From NCBI GenBank assembly GCA_019429125.1, contig JAHYJO010000001.1, positions 84,176 to 148,175 of the forward strand: a DNA stretch of 64,000 nt. Reading direction: 5' to 3'. Position numbers and translations under genes: made by a program. Below the pieces are notes generated by a model. That model saw nothing but the letters and a program-made list of their open reading frames with translations. It did no database searches and was not told the origin of the DNA. Every line of letters begins with the position of its first letter. Position 1 is the stretch's first letter. The stretch comes from Nanobdellati archaeon (GTDB lineage: Archaea > EX4484-52 > GLR71). Shown here piece after piece: positions 1 through 10,372 of this stretch.

Positions 1-342
1 TAGCACACTTGTTCCTTTATATATGCGTGTGATTACTTCTGCTGTGTGCGTGCCTATTTCTAGGTCTTTGGTGTCATAGCTATATGTGTATGATTCTGAT
101 TTTTCAGAATAGTACCTTGTGATTTTTGTTTCAAGTCTGCCGTCTATATAGAAACTTAGAGTGACCTTTGATTCGTCTTCTGTTGTTTCAACATCAAAGT
201 CTACTGTAATTTGTGCCATGTCACCTTTGTATATATTTTTTTGGGATATATCAAGGTCTGATATTGATATATCTGTTATTGCATACGCAGTTCCTGATAG
301 TAGTGCTAATAATATAATTGTGCTGAGTATAATATATTTCAT
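1..342 (-). CDS. secreted/surface protein with Ig-like domain, 5' part (runs off the window start)
   Basis: Not in the ORF track. ATG at 342 (minus strand) with a GTGGT RBS upstream; the frame is open to position 1 (MKYIILSTIILLALLSGTAYAITDISISDLDISQKNIYKGD...), i.e. a signal peptide followed by beta-rich sequence. Confidence 0.75.
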   Translation of the reverse strand, partial: MKYIILSTIILLALLSGTAYAITDISISDLDISQKNIYKGDMAQITVDFDVETTEDESKVTLSFYIDGRLETKITRYYSEKSESYTYSYDTKDLEIGTHTAEVITRIYKGTSVL

Positions 343-478
343 AATTTTTACCACTTATTGAAGATATATACATTATTAATTTTATAAAGGTATCGTTAAG
401 TTTTAACTAGCAAGTAGTATAAATATTGAGTTTAACAAACATATAAAATAAAATATAAGAAAAAAAGAGTGTTTTTGA

Positions 479-3400
479 TTATTTTTTAATGACTATTGTG
501 CGTATTTTTTCTCTTTTGAAGTAGACTGCGATTATTATCAACAGTATCAATAGGTAGATAATCAAGTTTGAGCTACCTATTGTTGATAAGATATTGCCAG
601 TTGGCCCGTTAATTACAGTTACATTTGTTTGTTCTTTATCTTCTTTGTAGTCTGTAAGCACATATTGGTATATAAGAACATCTTTTGAGTAAAGTGTTGC
701 TTCACCTTGCTTTATTGCAATGTTGTGTGTTCCTGTAGCAAGGTTTTCAATCTTGTATGTGATTGAAAAACAATCATTTTCATCTAATTCTTGTGTCTTT
801 ACAATTTTATAATCTATTACAAGATCTACAGTATTTGATTTAGGATTTGTTAGACATCCCTTTAAAGTCATTGTCTGGCCTATGTATAGGCTGTCTGAGA
901 GTTCTATTTCAGAAATGTATGTTGTTGCGACGTTTTCGTCTGTTGTTTCTGTATTGGTTTCATTTACAATGATTATTGTTGAACTTCTGCTACTGCCTGA
1001 ACGGCTACTGCTCCCACCACCATTATTAGTTTCAGTTGTTACAGTTATTGTTCCTGATAGATTATTGTTTGATGTGTTCTGATCATATGGTATGTATGCT
1101 GACAGTTTCAATGTATGTGTTCCTTCGGAAGCGGTCCATCCAAATTCAACTCCGGTTGTGTTTCCGCTTGCAAGATTATATGTTTTTGTGGTTATTATGT
1201 GCCCATTTATTGATAATGTGACATTTATTCCGTTCTCGTCGTATAGACCTGCGTTTTCAAGTACGCCTGATATAACTATAGTGTTGCCGGTGTTTGCGCT
1301 TGTAGGTGCATTGAAACTATTAATGCGTACGTCATGGGCATACCTAATATCAAAATTGGTCTTATCTGAAAATTGATGTTCTATTTCTGTAATTGTTATT
1401 TGTGGATTAAATGTGCCTGTAGTTGTTGCATTCAAAGTCCATGTGATTGTTGTTTCTTGATTTATTTCAAGTATGTCAATGTCTATTGTCTGAGTTGTAA
1501 TAAATTCAAGACCGTCTACGCCTGAGAGTTGTGCCTTTGTGTTTATTGAAGCATCAGTACCTATGTTATTTATCTTTGCAGTTATATTAAACGTTGTACC
1601 ATAGAGTATTGTTTTATTAACATCTGATTCTATTGTGATGAATGGTTGCACTGGTTCAGGGAGGTCAAGTATGTTTATCATAACACTTTCTGATGCATTG
1701 TATTCTGGTTCAAAAAGACTTATGATTGTCATATTTATCTGTTTTGGACCTGATGATGTGCTATTAATAATCCATTCTTGTCTTATTGGTGGTATTCCGT
1801 TTACAGTTGGTTCTATGTCTCCAAGCAATACTGGGTTTGTTGATGATGTTTCAAGACCTGTTTCTAAAGCAATCTCTGCTTTTGTTGCAAGTGATGTGCT
1901 ATTTCCAGTATTATAGATTACTGCAGTCACTAAAAATGATCGTCCAAGTGATATGTTGAAAGGCGCTATAGAGCTTACAGAAAGGTCAATGTATAGATGT
2001 GTATTTTTTACTGTTATTGTCTTTTCCTGCGTTATTCCATCAACTGTGATGTATATTGTTCCAGTGCCTGAACTTATGCCTTTAATTTCAAAATCAATCC
2101 ATGATGCGTTCTGCTCGGTTGTGTTTGCATATATGGTTGTTATCTCCTTTGAGGATGAACCTACTATTGCTAAGTTTGATGTTGTTGAGATATTTATTGT
2201 GGCATTATTACCATTTACAATACCTTTGTTGTATATACCTATTGCAACTTGTGTTGTATCATTTTCGACAAGTTCTTCAGGGGATGCAATTCTGAATTCA
2301 TATATTGGTATGGGTGTGGATTGGACATAAATTTTTGAAGTTTTAATTTGATTATTATAATCTGCTTCTATATTTATGACATAGTCTCCCCACCATGTAG
2401 CTTCCAGTTCAAGTTCATAAGTATTATTGTATCCTACAATAATTGATATATTATCAGTTGTGTTTCCCGATATAAGTGTTAACCTTTCAGGGATAGTTAT
2501 TGTTAATATACCTTCTGCAGTTGAGTATCCATAGTTTTCAAGATTTATACTTATATTGAACCTATCTGTCTGGTTAATAGTTATATTGTCTGTAGATATT
2601 TTAATGTATGGTTTTGTGTCTATTGTGAAAGATGTCATGTTTGATTCTTGGTTTGAGTTTCCATAGTTGTCTTGACATCTTGTATAAAATGTGTATGCAC
2701 CGTCTGTAAGAGTTAGTTCTTGCGTATGGATCGTTGTGCCAGTTGTTGTGAATGTGTTTGCCATTGCGCTGTAATCTGTATCTATTGTATCATATTTACA
2801 GGTTGCATTTTCATTGGTTGTAGCTCCAAGATTGAATGTGTTTACATGTTGATCTTCTGTTGGTGTAAATGTAAGTATTTGTGGGGGTGTTGTGTCTCTG
2901 ATTTCAAGTTCAAGATATTTTTCATTGTTTGTTTCATTAGATTCATAAATACTATTTGTAGGGTCTACGATGACTTTAAAGTTGTGTATGCCTAGTTTTC
3001 CTAATGTGTCATAATTAAATATTATTTCTTCAGAACTAATAGTATTTATAGTGATATCTTTTGTTGCAATTAATACTAGATTATCCCATAATTGTATCTG
3101 TGTATTTAGAACTTCATCTCCACCGTTTACAACATGAGCTATAAGATTTATTATTAAGCCTTCACTAACGGGACTAGGTATGTTTGATTCAAATGCAGAT
3201 ATATGAAGGTCTGGTTTGCTTCTTACTTCAAGTGTTATTGCGTCTTTTGCAATATTACCTAAAGTATCATTTGCAATAATCATAATAGTATATTCTGTTG
3301 GTATCTCTGGTGTTGTAAATGTTCCGGTATATATATCACCTGCTTTATTCATAGTGATTGTTCCTGCAATACCATTTATTTTTGTGTATACAGTGTCTAC

Positions 3401-4879
3401 AGCGTTTAAATCTGTAATTGTTGCTGTAACTGTTACAGTATTTCCAAGTCTTACTGGGTTTGGCGAAAGGTTACTATTTGTTATGATTGGTGCTTCAGTA
3501 TCAACATAAAATGACCAACTTGTAACAGTAGGGTTTCCAAAATAGTCTTTTACTCTAATTTCTATGTTATGTGTTTCATCAGAAAGGTTTTCTGAGGGTG
3601 TGTATGAGGCATAATTTCCAGAGGTTATCATAGTTTTTGTTGTACTGTCAAGAGTAAGTTCTAATGTTGACCAATTTATTCCAAAACCTTGATCTGTTAT
3701 TTTTACTTTTATTTCTTGTCTTGGATTTGATATGATTTCATTTATAGTTGGAGTTATTATATCTATATTTGGGGGTGTTGAATCTGCTTCTCTTGAGTCA
3801 ACATAAACCCAATTACTTCCTGATGCAGTATTATTATTTGAATCAGTTGCAGTTATGTTAATATAGTAAGTATTTGTTGAAACAACAGTTCCAGAATTAT
3901 CTGTTCCATCCCATAATTGTACTATTGCATAATCTAAGGATGTACTTGAGAATGTTTGTACAATGTTGCCATATTCATTTTTTTCCCTTATTGTTATAGT
4001 GTATTTAACATCTTGTGTGGATACTGTTGCAGATATTGTTGAGGTGTCTCCCCATGTTGGTATATTTGGATATATTGTTTCTGGATTTGCTGAGACTTCG
4101 TATATTCTGAAACCTTCTGCAGTTTCATAAATGTTAAGATAATTAAATGCTGAGTCTTGAGCGGATTCTATACATGAACAGTCATCTAAAAGACCAATGA
4201 CTTCATATTTATATTTGTCTGCGATAGAGGGTGACCATTCTGTTGTTATTTCTGCAACACCATCTTTAATTATTGTGCCATTACTATCTTTTTTTGTTGG
4301 TATTGTAACTGTTATTTCGCCACTTGTATATGCTAGACTTCCATTACTGTAATATACATTAAAGATTACTGTGTTATCTAGATCATATATGTCAAGAGGT
4401 ACTCCTGGCACGTAATTTTCTGTCCAAGATGTAATCTTATCTGTAAATGTTACGACATTATCTACTATGTAACTTGAGGATTTAACTGTAGGATTTTCAA
4501 CATTTACAGTACATGTTCTTTTTTTGAGATTGATTGTATATTGTGGAGTATAATTTGGATCATTTATTAGGAAATTATTTTTGTAAGTAGGGACATAACA
4601 ACTTCTATACATTATAAGGTCATAATATCCATTGTCTAAATCATCATAGACATAATTATTTATTCCTGTATTTTGATTGAAATAAATATTATTTATGTTA
4701 TTAACTTCAGATCTTATGAATGTTGTTTGGTTTAATGATGCGTTTGTGTAGAAGTCTTTAGCATAATATGTAAATTGTTCAGCTGAAACAAGAGTTATTG
4801 ATGCTGTAAACAGTATAACTAAGATAATTAGCAATATGTTGAATCTGTTTAATAGTTTTATATTATTTAATATTTTCAT
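479..4879 (-). CDS. large membrane-anchored surface glycoprotein (FlgD-Ig-like, Ig-like and CARDB-like repeats)
   Basis: 1466 aa with a signal peptide, 'WDGTDNSG...YYINITATD' (FlgD-Ig-like), 'KVIVDPTNSIYESNETNN' (CARDB-like), many NxS/T sequons, a Gly/Ser linker, and a C-terminal TM helix with a basic tail. Confidence 0.85.
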   Translation of the reverse strand: MKILNNIKLLNRFNILLIILVILFTASITLVSAEQFTYYAKDFYTNASLNQTTFIRSEVNNINNIYFNQNTGINNYVYDDLDNGYYDLIMYRSCYVPTYKNNFLINDPNYTPQYTINLKKRTCTVNVENPTVKSSSYIVDNVVTFTDKITSWTENYVPGVPLDIYDLDNTVIFNVYYSNGSLAYTSGEITVTIPTKKDSNGTIIKDGVAEITTEWSPSIADKYKYEVIGLLDDCSCIESAQDSAFNYLNIYETAEGFRIYEVSANPETIYPNIPTWGDTSTISATVSTQDVKYTITIREKNEYGNIVQTFSSTSLDYAIVQLWDGTDNSGTVVSTNTYYINITATDSNNNTASGSNWVYVDSREADSTPPNIDIITPTINEIISNPRQEIKVKITDQGFGINWSTLELTLDSTTKTMITSGNYASYTPSENLSDETHNIEIRVKDYFGNPTVTSWSFYVDTEAPIITNSNLSPNPVRLGNTVTVTATITDLNAVDTVYTKINGIAGTITMNKAGDIYTGTFTTPEIPTEYTIMIIANDTLGNIAKDAITLEVRSKPDLHISAFESNIPSPVSEGLIINLIAHVVNGGDEVLNTQIQLWDNLVLIATKDITINTISSEEIIFNYDTLGKLGIHNFKVIVDPTNSIYESNETNNEKYLELEIRDTTPPQILTFTPTEDQHVNTFNLGATTNENATCKYDTIDTDYSAMANTFTTTGTTIHTQELTLTDGAYTFYTRCQDNYGNSNQESNMTSFTIDTKPYIKISTDNITINQTDRFNISINLENYGYSTAEGILTITIPERLTLISGNTTDNISIIVGYNNTYELELEATWWGDYVINIEADYNNQIKTSKIYVQSTPIPIYEFRIASPEELVENDTTQVAIGIYNKGIVNGNNATINISTTSNLAIVGSSSKEITTIYANTTEQNASWIDFEIKGISSGTGTIYITVDGITQEKTITVKNTHLYIDLSVSSIAPFNISLGRSFLVTAVIYNTGNSTSLATKAEIALETGLETSSTNPVLLGDIEPTVNGIPPIRQEWIINSTSSGPKQINMTIISLFEPEYNASESVMINILDLPEPVQPFITIESDVNKTILYGTTFNITAKINNIGTDASINTKAQLSGVDGLEFITTQTIDIDILEINQETTITWTLNATTTGTFNPQITITEIEHQFSDKTNFDIRYAHDVRINSFNAPTSANTGNTIVISGVLENAGLYDENGINVTLSINGHIITTKTYNLASGNTTGVEFGWTASEGTHTLKLSAYIPYDQNTSNNNLSGTITVTTETNNGGGSSSRSGSSRSSTIIIVNETNTETTDENVATTYISEIELSDSLYIGQTMTLKGCLTNPKSNTVDLVIDYKIVKTQELDENDCFSITYKIENLATGTHNIAIKQGEATLYSKDVLIYQYVLTDYKEDKEQTNVTVINGPTGNILSTIGSSNLIIYLLILLIIIAVYFKREKIRTIVIKK

Positions 4880-4891
4880 ATAAATACACCT

Positions 4892-6310
4892 CTAAACTTT
4901 TGGTCTGTGGTCGCCGCCACCGTCGCCATCGTCGCCATCATCCTCTCTATCTTTTTTACCATCGGTTAAGGTTCCAGAGGATCCACTTTGTGGAAATAAA
5001 TTTGAATTATCTTTTTCTATTTTGTTTAATTGATCCCATGCGTTTCCTGAATTATATTCACCCTTTACATATCCACATTGATTTTCAATACCTACAAGTA
5101 AGTATGTTGATTCATCCTCTTTACCTTCTAAATTCTTAAATACAACATTATTACGTTTTGTTGTAAAAATTATACCTGGTGGAACTGTGGATTTATCCTT
5201 TCTGAAATAATATTTTTTAAGAATATGCGTTAGTTGATCTTCATCAGTATAACTTTGTTTTATTGCTAAATCTAATTCTTTTGAGCTATCTTTTGTTAAA
5301 TAATTAGTAGTGTCTTCAATTGTATCTTTAGGTACGATTTTTAAGAGCATACCAGTAGGGCCTTTTTTTAGATCTTTATTTTTATAAACAATCTCTGTTA
5401 TATAATCAGAATCCAAAATCAATGAAAAATTGTCATCAATTGAATATGTATTTACAAATGGTATATCTGTTTTTTTATCAGATTCTTCTAAGATTTTCTT
5501 TGTTATTTGAGTGTAATCGTCATAGGGAACTGTATATTTTTTGTCATCCCAATAAATTAGGTTTCCTTTTGGATTAGATAATATTTCTATTATTGCATCT
5601 TTAATTGCATCTGGTATATCTATTTCGCTATCATTTTCAGGAAGATATTGTACTAAATCGTCAATCTCTTCTGTAAGTATTCCTTCTTGTTTTAGGTCTT
5701 CAAAGAAAGAGAGATAAGATCTCCAAAAAGCATTATCAAAGAATGGATTGTGTTCTTGTGTATACTCAGGAAAACTAAATTTTTCTAAGATTTTTTTTAT
5801 ATCGTTTGATGTAGTTTTTAGTTTTTCTCCTACTGTAAGACTACCAAATGTAAGTAGACCTAATGCTATAATACCTGTTCCTATTTTATAGATAAGAGGT
5901 CTTTCTGTTGATGTATCAGAAATTAGAAGTTCATCTGGGATGTAATTAATTGGTGTGGTTGTCTTATTAATCAATGTTTTTTCTGAGTCATTATCAACTT
6001 GTGTGTATTCTGGTTGTGAAGATTTAAGTTGTGTATCTATTGTATATAATGCGTTTATTTGTCCTTTAATAAGATTATCTAAATTTTTCAGTTTTTTTGA
6101 GTTTGTATCATTATTTGGTTCATTTAAAAGTTCTAGAGATGTTTTGATGGTTTCTCTAAGGTATGAGGGACTTAAACTTTTTGGGTTAGTCATATCATAT
6201 GTGTTATCAAGATAATTTGTTAGTGGTGTACCTAAATTATTTAATTCTTCAAGTACTCCATTTAAAAGTTCAATTTTTGTCGTATTATTTTTTAATCCCA
6301 TAATTTTCAA
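4892..6310 (-). CDS. hypothetical single-pass membrane protein
   Basis: 472-aa ORF with one hydrophobic segment (IGTGIIALGLLTFGSL) and an acidic Gly/Asp C-terminal tail. The ATG at 6301 is an alternative start. Confidence 0.7.
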   Translation of the reverse strand: MKIMGLKNNTTKIELLNGVLEELNNLGTPLTNYLDNTYDMTNPKSLSPSYLRETIKTSLELLNEPNNDTNSKKLKNLDNLIKGQINALYTIDTQLKSSQPEYTQVDNDSEKTLINKTTTPINYIPDELLISDTSTERPLIYKIGTGIIALGLLTFGSLTVGEKLKTTSNDIKKILEKFSFPEYTQEHNPFFDNAFWRSYLSFFEDLKQEGILTEEIDDLVQYLPENDSEIDIPDAIKDAIIEILSNPKGNLIYWDDKKYTVPYDDYTQITKKILEESDKKTDIPFVNTYSIDDNFSLILDSDYITEIVYKNKDLKKGPTGMLLKIVPKDTIEDTTNYLTKDSSKELDLAIKQSYTDEDQLTHILKKYYFRKDKSTVPPGIIFTTKRNNVVFKNLEGKEDESTYLLVGIENQCGYVKGEYNSGNAWDQLNKIEKDNSNLFPQSGSSGTLTDGKKDREDDGDDGDGGGDHRPKV

Positions 6311-6613
6311 CCTATGATGATTATATTCTATTTTAATTATTGATGTTTATTTTTATAAACTTTTCTATTACTTTTAGGGGATAACATCTACAATTTATTT
6401 GGGTATGGGTTTGTCTGCTATGTAAATTCCCTTTGTATTAATCCACCCCTGATACAAATTGGTATCTGCATCAATTATACTGACTAGTAATATAATTGTT
6501 TTTAATCTTTATATATTTCAAATTTCTGCCTGTCTGTACAAAATTTATGTTTAAAATGTAGTTTTTAAGTATTATTGAATATAATATAATGTAGGTATTA
6601 GTTGGAGTTAAAT

Positions 6614-7612
6614 ATGAAAAAGGCAATGTTCTTTAAATCAATTGAAGGTTCAAGGGTACAGTGTCAGCTTTGTCCTAATAACTGTATTATTTCTGAAGGG
6701 GGTATTGGTTCGTGTCGTGTGCGAAAAAAGGTTGATGGTATTCTTTATTCTCTTAATTATGGTAAAATTGTATCTTTGGCAGTTGATCCTATCGAGAAGA
6801 AACCGCTGTATCATTTCTATCCTGGTTCTGAGTCTCTGTCTATTGCTACTGTCGGCTGTAATTTTCATTGCAAGTTCTGTCAGAATTGGGAGATTTCGCA
6901 GTCTTCTTTTATATTTGGTGAGGATATGACTCCTCAGGATGTTGTTAATCTTGCTTTGTTGAAAGGGGTGAAATCAATATCTTATACTTATACTGAACCA
7001 ACTATATTTTTTGAGTTTGCATATGATACTGCAAAGCTTGCACATAGTTGTGGCATTCAGAATGTATTTGTTACAAACGGGTTCATTAATTCTCTTCCTT
7101 TTAAGAAGATTGTACCGTATCTTGATGCTGTAAATATTGATTTGAAATCGTTTAATGATATATTTTATCAGAAACTTTGTAGTGTTAGGGGGGTCAGTCC
7201 AGTATTAGATACTATACAGTTGGCTTATGGGTTAGGGATTCATATTGAACTTACAAATCTTCTCATTCCTGGATGGAATACTTCATCTGTTCAGATAAAA
7301 GCGTTGTGTGAGTGGGTTTATGCGTTGGATAAGCGCATACCTCTTCATTTCTCAAGGTATTTTCCTGCATATAAGATGACTGTTGAATCTACACCTGTTG
7401 CGGTTCTTGAGAGCGCATATGGTATTGCAAAAAAGGTAGGGCTTGAATATGTGTATGTTGGTAATGTTGTTAATGGTGTGCAAGAGACATATTGTCCTTC
7501 TTGCGGTGAGCTTTTGGTGGATAGAGGGAGAAGGGTTGAACCATTGCAAAAACTAATTAAGGGTGCATGTCCTAAATGTAAATATAAAGTTTATGGAGTG
7601 GGGTTATTATGA
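6614..7612 (+). CDS. amrS: AmmeMemoRadiSam system radical SAM enzyme
   Basis: N-terminal CxxCPxxC, 'VDPIEKKPLYHFYPG', the radical SAM motif CNFHCKFC followed by QNWEISQ, 'YTYTEP', and a C-terminal zinc ribbon. Confidence 0.92.
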   Translation: MKKAMFFKSIEGSRVQCQLCPNNCIISEGGIGSCRVRKKVDGILYSLNYGKIVSLAVDPIEKKPLYHFYPGSESLSIATVGCNFHCKFCQNWEISQSSFIFGEDMTPQDVVNLALLKGVKSISYTYTEPTIFFEFAYDTAKLAHSCGIQNVFVTNGFINSLPFKKIVPYLDAVNIDLKSFNDIFYQKLCSVRGVSPVLDTIQLAYGLGIHIELTNLLIPGWNTSSVQIKALCEWVYALDKRIPLHFSRYFPAYKMTVESTPVAVLESAYGIAKKVGLEYVYVGNVVNGVQETYCPSCGELLVDRGRRVEPLQKLIKGACPKCKYKVYGVGLL

Positions 7613-8553
7613 AAATGATTAAAAATGTAAATATCTTATTTTGGAGTGTATTTATTTCTATGTTTATTTTTTATCCGTCATTTTCATTTGCTCATGAATC
7701 TGATGTTTTTGAGTCATATTCTATTTTTGTGGATGTAGGTCCTAATTTAATAAAATATAGTTATGACTTTGTATTGGTTTTGGAGGGGGGTAAACATGTC
7801 TATGATTTTGTTTTTGCGCCAGATTCAAAAGATGTGCGTGTGTTGTTAAATAATGTGCCTGTTGATTGTAGTAGTTCTTTTGAGGTAGGTAAGACTATTG
7901 TCTTATGTGATATGTCTAATGCGCTTTCTGGAAAAAATTATGTGTCTGCAGAATATATAAGTTCTTATTCATTGTTTGATTTTGAAAATATGAAGATGTT
8001 TAAGGATTCTTTTGATATTGGTGGTAATGCTATTTATTTTAAGTTATCAGTAAAACTTCCGTTAGGGTATATCCTTCCTGCTCGGTCGGATTATTTTGTG
8101 ACTCCAACACCTGACATTATTTATTCTGATGGACGGCGACATATAATTTCATGGGATTATAATAATGTCTCATCATTTGATGTTTCAGTTATTTTTGAAC
8201 CATCATCTGGTATTGATAGTGGTGTGTCTTATGTATCTTTATTGTTTTATTTATTGTTTGGATTTTTAGTTGTGCGTTATTTCATATATTATCGTGTCAA
8301 TCGAAAAAAAACTGAAATTAAGGAAATTGTATATTCGCATCTTCTTGAAAGTGAGAGTGCAGTTGTGGATGCGCTTCAAGCTAATATGGGTGTTCTTAAA
8401 CAGAAAGAGTTGCAGGATATAACTAGCTTTTCAAAGGCAAAATTGAGTAGGGTTATTACTAATCTTGAATCTCGTGGTATTGTTAAAAAGAAACCTTTCG
8501 GTAACAGTAACAAGATATTTTTGATTGTTGCTGATAAAGTCAAAAAGCAATAA
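7609..8553 (+). CDS. membrane-anchored winged-HTH transcriptional regulator (COG2512-like)
   Basis: Signal peptide, extracytoplasmic beta domain, TM helix, and a C-terminal wHTH ('KQKELQDITSFSKAKLSRVITNLESRGIVKKKPFG'). Confidence 0.8.
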   Translation: MKMIKNVNILFWSVFISMFIFYPSFSFAHESDVFESYSIFVDVGPNLIKYSYDFVLVLEGGKHVYDFVFAPDSKDVRVLLNNVPVDCSSSFEVGKTIVLCDMSNALSGKNYVSAEYISSYSLFDFENMKMFKDSFDIGGNAIYFKLSVKLPLGYILPARSDYFVTPTPDIIYSDGRRHIISWDYNNVSSFDVSVIFEPSSGIDSGVSYVSLLFYLLFGFLVVRYFIYYRVNRKKTEIKEIVYSHLLESESAVVDALQANMGVLKQKELQDITSFSKAKLSRVITNLESRGIVKKKPFGNSNKIFLIVADKVKKQ

Positions 8554-8571
8554 AGTATGCAATAGGGGTTA

Positions 8572-8614
8572 TTGTTTCATCTTGTTCCACATTGTTTCAA
8601 GGAATGTTTATATA
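8572..8614 (+). promoter_or_regulatory. three 10-bp-phased direct repeats TTGTTYCA followed by a TATA box
   Basis: TTGTTTCA at 8572, TTGTTCCA at 8582, TTGTTTCA at 8592, then TTTATATA at 8607-8614, upstream of the 8690 gene. Confidence 0.6.
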
Positions 8615-8689
8615 GGAGTATTATTGATTAGTTCTATGGATTGCTATTAGGTTGGCAATATTTTGTATATTTAAAAATGGTGAAATGAT

Positions 8690-10003
8690 ATGAAACGACA
8701 AAATTTAATGAAATTGTTTGCGCTTCTTGTCGCAGCTATGTATATGGTAGTTCCTGCAGCTTTTGCAGAGGATGCAGTAACTATGTTAACTAATACTGCT
8801 ATAAATACTGCTGTTGGTGATGATGTCGCTGATCTTAATGACATTGCTGTACAAAGTGACGAAGAGGATTCAGCAGAGGCTGGTGTAACTCCTGATTCTC
8901 CGTTATACAGGTTGGATGTTGCGATGGATAATATTGGTCTTATGTTTACATTCAATAAGGCAAAGAAAGCTGAGAAGAAGCTTGAGATTGCTAAGGAAAG
9001 GCTTAAGGAAGCAAAGATGATGGCTATTGCTAATAATTTGGATGCTATGGAAAAAGCAAAAAATCGTCATGATGCGATGCTTCTTTCGGCTGAAGAAGAT
9101 ATTGAAGCAATTAATGGTAATGAGACTAAAGCATTGATGAGCAATATTAGAATTAAGTCTATGTTAAAATTACATAATCAGGAAGTTGCTGATGTTGAAC
9201 AGGAACTTACATTGAGAGTTCGTGGAAATCTTAAGGATAAACAGCAAGAAAAACTTGATTCATTTATTGAAAGTATGAAAGGCAGTTCTAAGTCTATTGA
9301 AGTAAAAGTTCAGAATAAGGAAGAAAAGATGAAAGCAGTGGTTAAGAGGACACGTAATCTGTCTGATGATGATGTTGATGCTGAATTTGAGAAGATTAAT
9401 CGTGAAACCTTACGGGAACATATGAGTGTTAAGGCTCTTGATGTTATAGGTCAGGCTGAAGATGCAATTGGTCGTGCAGAAGATTTGATTGAAAAAAAAT
9501 CTGAAGCAGGTAAGGATGTGACTTATTCAATTGAGCAACTTGACGAAGCTAAAATTATTCTTTTAAAAGCAAAAGAATCTCTTGATAATGATGATGTTGA
9601 GGATTCTATTGAACAGGCTTTTAAGGCTAAAAGGATGGCTGTATATGCTGCAAGCGGGTTTTCTGTTGAGAAACTTATGAATACGCCTATGAAAGATAAT
9701 GTGGAATTTAATGAAATGAAAGAACAGATTCGTGAAAATATGGAAGAACGAGTACAAGTTCGTGAAAATATTCGTGAGCCGAAAGAAGAAATGATGCGGA
9801 ATCGTGAAAATATTCGTGAGCCAATGAAAGATAATAAGGGTGACAAAGATGTTGATTCTGATGATGACTTTGATGATGACTCTGATGATGAGAATAGTAA
9901 TAATTCATCTAATATATCTTTGAATGCATCTGTGTCAGGTACAGATAATAGTATGTCTGGTTCTGTGTCTGGTAATATCGGCAGTAAAAATTCCGGCCAA
10001 TAA
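8690..10003 (+). CDS. secreted DUF5667-like helical protein
   Basis: Signal peptide; 'AGVTPDSPLYRLDVAMDNIGLMFTFNKAKKAEKKLEIAKERLKEA' is the DUF5667-type motif; coiled coils, RENIREP repeats and an acidic/Ser tail follow. Confidence 0.8.
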   Translation: MKRQNLMKLFALLVAAMYMVVPAAFAEDAVTMLTNTAINTAVGDDVADLNDIAVQSDEEDSAEAGVTPDSPLYRLDVAMDNIGLMFTFNKAKKAEKKLEIAKERLKEAKMMAIANNLDAMEKAKNRHDAMLLSAEEDIEAINGNETKALMSNIRIKSMLKLHNQEVADVEQELTLRVRGNLKDKQQEKLDSFIESMKGSSKSIEVKVQNKEEKMKAVVKRTRNLSDDDVDAEFEKINRETLREHMSVKALDVIGQAEDAIGRAEDLIEKKSEAGKDVTYSIEQLDEAKIILLKAKESLDNDDVEDSIEQAFKAKRMAVYAASGFSVEKLMNTPMKDNVEFNEMKEQIRENMEERVQVRENIREPKEEMMRNRENIREPMKDNKGDKDVDSDDDFDDDSDDENSNNSSNISLNASVSGTDNSMSGSVSGNIGSKNSGQ

Positions 10004-10053
10004 TAAATTTTAATTTAAAGGGGTTTTTATAACTCTCCTTTTTTTCTTTTTTC

Positions 10054-10221
10054 GGCACTGTTCAAAAAGTGAGTTATTTTTAATATTTTTAAAATATTGT
10101 TTGTTTATAAACTCCGGCAGAAATCCATTTAATATACACATTTTACGTAGAATTACAAAATAAATGAAGGTATTTAATTAACTACATTTTGTTTGAAATC
10201 ACTCAAAAAATGAACTGTGCC
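10054..10221. mobile_element. MITE copy 1 (168 bp)
   Basis: Ends GGCACTGTTCA...TGAACTGTGCC; 8-bp target duplication CTTTTTTC at 10046-10053 and 10222-10229; homologous to the copies at 25810 and 48846. Confidence 0.92.
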
Positions 10222-10372
10222 CTTTTTTCAAAAGATATATAAACTTGTATTGCTATTATTATGTGTGGAACGGTTTTATTTAAACGTTTCATCGGTTATT
10301 TTATTGTTCAATAAGGTCATTTTGACTTTTTTTTCGATTTATGTTTTTAATTGATAATTATAGGTGATTTAA

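Noticed and set aside
882-3509. Numerous short plus-strand ORFs here and similar antisense ORFs throughout the window
   Set aside because: They are shadow frames of long genes on the opposite strand, with no RBS or recognisable motifs.
6396-6546. 41-codon minus-strand ORF preceded by a 19-bp partial match to the accessory repeat
   Set aside because: Too short and AT-rich to distinguish from chance without a profile search.
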